Of a stretch of 64,000 nucleotides of DNA, positions 62,231-64,000 are shown piece by piece (positions within the stretch are counted from its first letter, which is position 1; each line of letters begins with the position of its first letter). A program made the translations under genes and the position numbers. Source of the DNA: Eledone cirrhosa (Eukaryota); NCBI GenBank assembly GCA_964016885.1, contig OZ024743.1, positions 305,474,001-305,538,000 on the forward strand. The letters are read 5' to 3'. Below the pieces are notes generated by a model that was not told the origin of the DNA, did not search any database, and saw nothing but the letters and a program-made list of their open reading frames with translations.

Positions 62231-64000
62231 AAGATATAGAGCGAAATACAAAATCGACCAGCAGAAAATTATATAAAAAATGTTTCTAGAAATAAAAGTC
62301 AGCATTTCTGTCTGGGATATAAATATTTGTTTTACATTTTCGCAAACATCGTAACGATATTCTCAAAGGACGCGCTTACGGTATTTGAATATGAACTGAA
62401 CCGTCGTGTCATTTAATTTGAATAGTGGAGCAAAGTAAAAGGAGAATAGTGAATTTGGAGTGTCAATCCCTTGTGATTTTTTTTTTTTAATACCGGACAT
62501 AGTTTTCCAGGATTTATAGACGCATTTTTTTTTTTTTTCCTTCAAAAGGATGGAGGCGTTAATGAAAGGTCTCTATCATTTTCAGTCGTGTCCAACTTTA
62601 TTGTAGAATGTAAAGCATCTGATACACACATGATGTAAACTATAGATAGAATGGATATCGTCTTCATGCATGCATAAATATAAAAAATTAAATGTCATAA
62701 CTTATATATTTAATGAAAGTAGATGTCATAAGCAATGCAGAAAAAAAAGAAAAGAAACTACTTCAAAGGCGATGCGTGTTGAGATTTACAGGAGTCGAAC
62801 ATACGACTCCCAGTTTCCTAGTCTAGTACGATAGCCAAGGACCCACATATGTCTACTGAATTTGCGGCTCACAATTTAAATTACTATAGATAATATTTTA
62901 GACAGTACAATCTTGGAAAGTGTTTCTAATTATTTCGTATTGATTACCAAATTTTGCCCACTATTGGAGAAGTAATTTAATTTCAATTGGTCTATAACAA
63001 GTCTTATGTTTGTTAGACTCATTCATAAAATACGCATCTAATCAATTTTAGTCATTATTTACTCGATAGTTTAAAACATTTGCTAAGCATTCATACTCCC
63101 AAATTAACCACAAAGAGAGTGTGTTAAGAAACCAGGTGGACCATTACAAAGCAGAGAACTCGATACTTAGGGTAGTAGAGTGGCTGAGCTCCGGCCGTTT
63201 TCACAGCTAGATCAGAAAAGAGATCGGATCTAGCTGTCGAAACGGCTTTAGCTGCTCAGCCTTCGGGATCCTGATTCTTTTCCTACTCCCAAATTAATAT
63301 AGATGGGGAAACCTGAAATACTGCTATTCTTCTACACTTCATTTGTCCAATTTCACATGAACCCCATTTATAAACTATTTTCTCATATATCAGTTTATAT
63401 TTGTGAAACGTTGTCAAGACTTTACGTGACAAGGTGGCCGAGTGTTTAAGGCGGTATAATCCTAAGCCATTGCTTACTTACAATTTTAGTTTCGTTCGGT
63501 CCGTATCTTCGTCGAAGCTTTATTTACATTTTTACATTTCATCTGATATCTTTATTTTCTTTTATCTTCAAGTCATCAACAGTTCGTTTAGAATTTGTCA
63601 TTTTCTTTCATTCGATCACGCATTTTATTTTTCTCTAATGGACGTTTCCTCATATATATTTTCAACTTTCTCTCAGTCTAAGTTTTTATCATGTCTAGTT
63701 CAAGACTCAATGCAGCTATTACGCGAGAACGCATAAGTGCAATTGATACAATGATATATTATATGCGGAGACATTTATATAGTTTCTTTGATATCTTCTC
63801 AAATATATAAAGAAACTATAACGTAATATTTACTTTGAACAAACAAAAACAGGTAACGTGGCTTTCAATATAAGTACCTCGCCTCGTTAAGAAGCATTCA
63901 AATGTTAGACAAAAGTCCTAAGCATTCGATTTCCATACGAAATTACCGAAAGACGCCTTTACACACAATCACTCTAACTATTAAACCAGATGCCTTAACA

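Larger units (their letters stand above)
52776..64000 (-). repeat. right arm of a large inverted duplication of ~31944-50351
   Basis: Mirror ORF pairs 48957/53814, 48223/54447, 44786/55786, 39958/58182, 38488/59557, 34666/63434. Confidence 0.97.

Overview
AT-rich eukaryotic DNA, most likely from an octopod cephalopod (inferred from the abundant tRNA-derived OK-type SINEs and the (CAT)n-tailed RTE elements). Bases 1-27.3 kb hold the last three coding exons of a chymotrypsin-family (S1) serine protease (3531-3769, 22647-22780, 27148-27309). Its 18.9-kb intron is filled with nested transposons (an RTE host containing a second RTE and a hAT/Buster element, which itself contains an RTE-X), plus Penelope-type hammerhead ribozymes. 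After a Gypsy relic (29.6-31.7 kb), the rest of the window is a giant interrupted inverted duplication: left arm ~31.9-50.35 kb, right arm 52.78-64 kb, running off the window. Its ~2.4-kb spacer holds a decayed 5S rDNA array. The arms are built from a ~2.37-kb tandem unit carrying two tRNA relics and an 80-nt hairpin. This unit was invaded by two CRE-clade (RLE-endonuclease, PHD-finger) non-LTR retrotransposons, a non-autonomous tRNA-Trp-primed LTR element and a hAT MITE. The second CRE copy ends in poly(A) ~31 bp upstream of a tRNA-like gene and is preceded by a GC-rich structured RNA. It sits at the 3' end of a 9.1-kb block bounded by an apparent target-site duplication. No intact TE ORF was found. 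All homology calls are by-eye motif recognition, not database searches.
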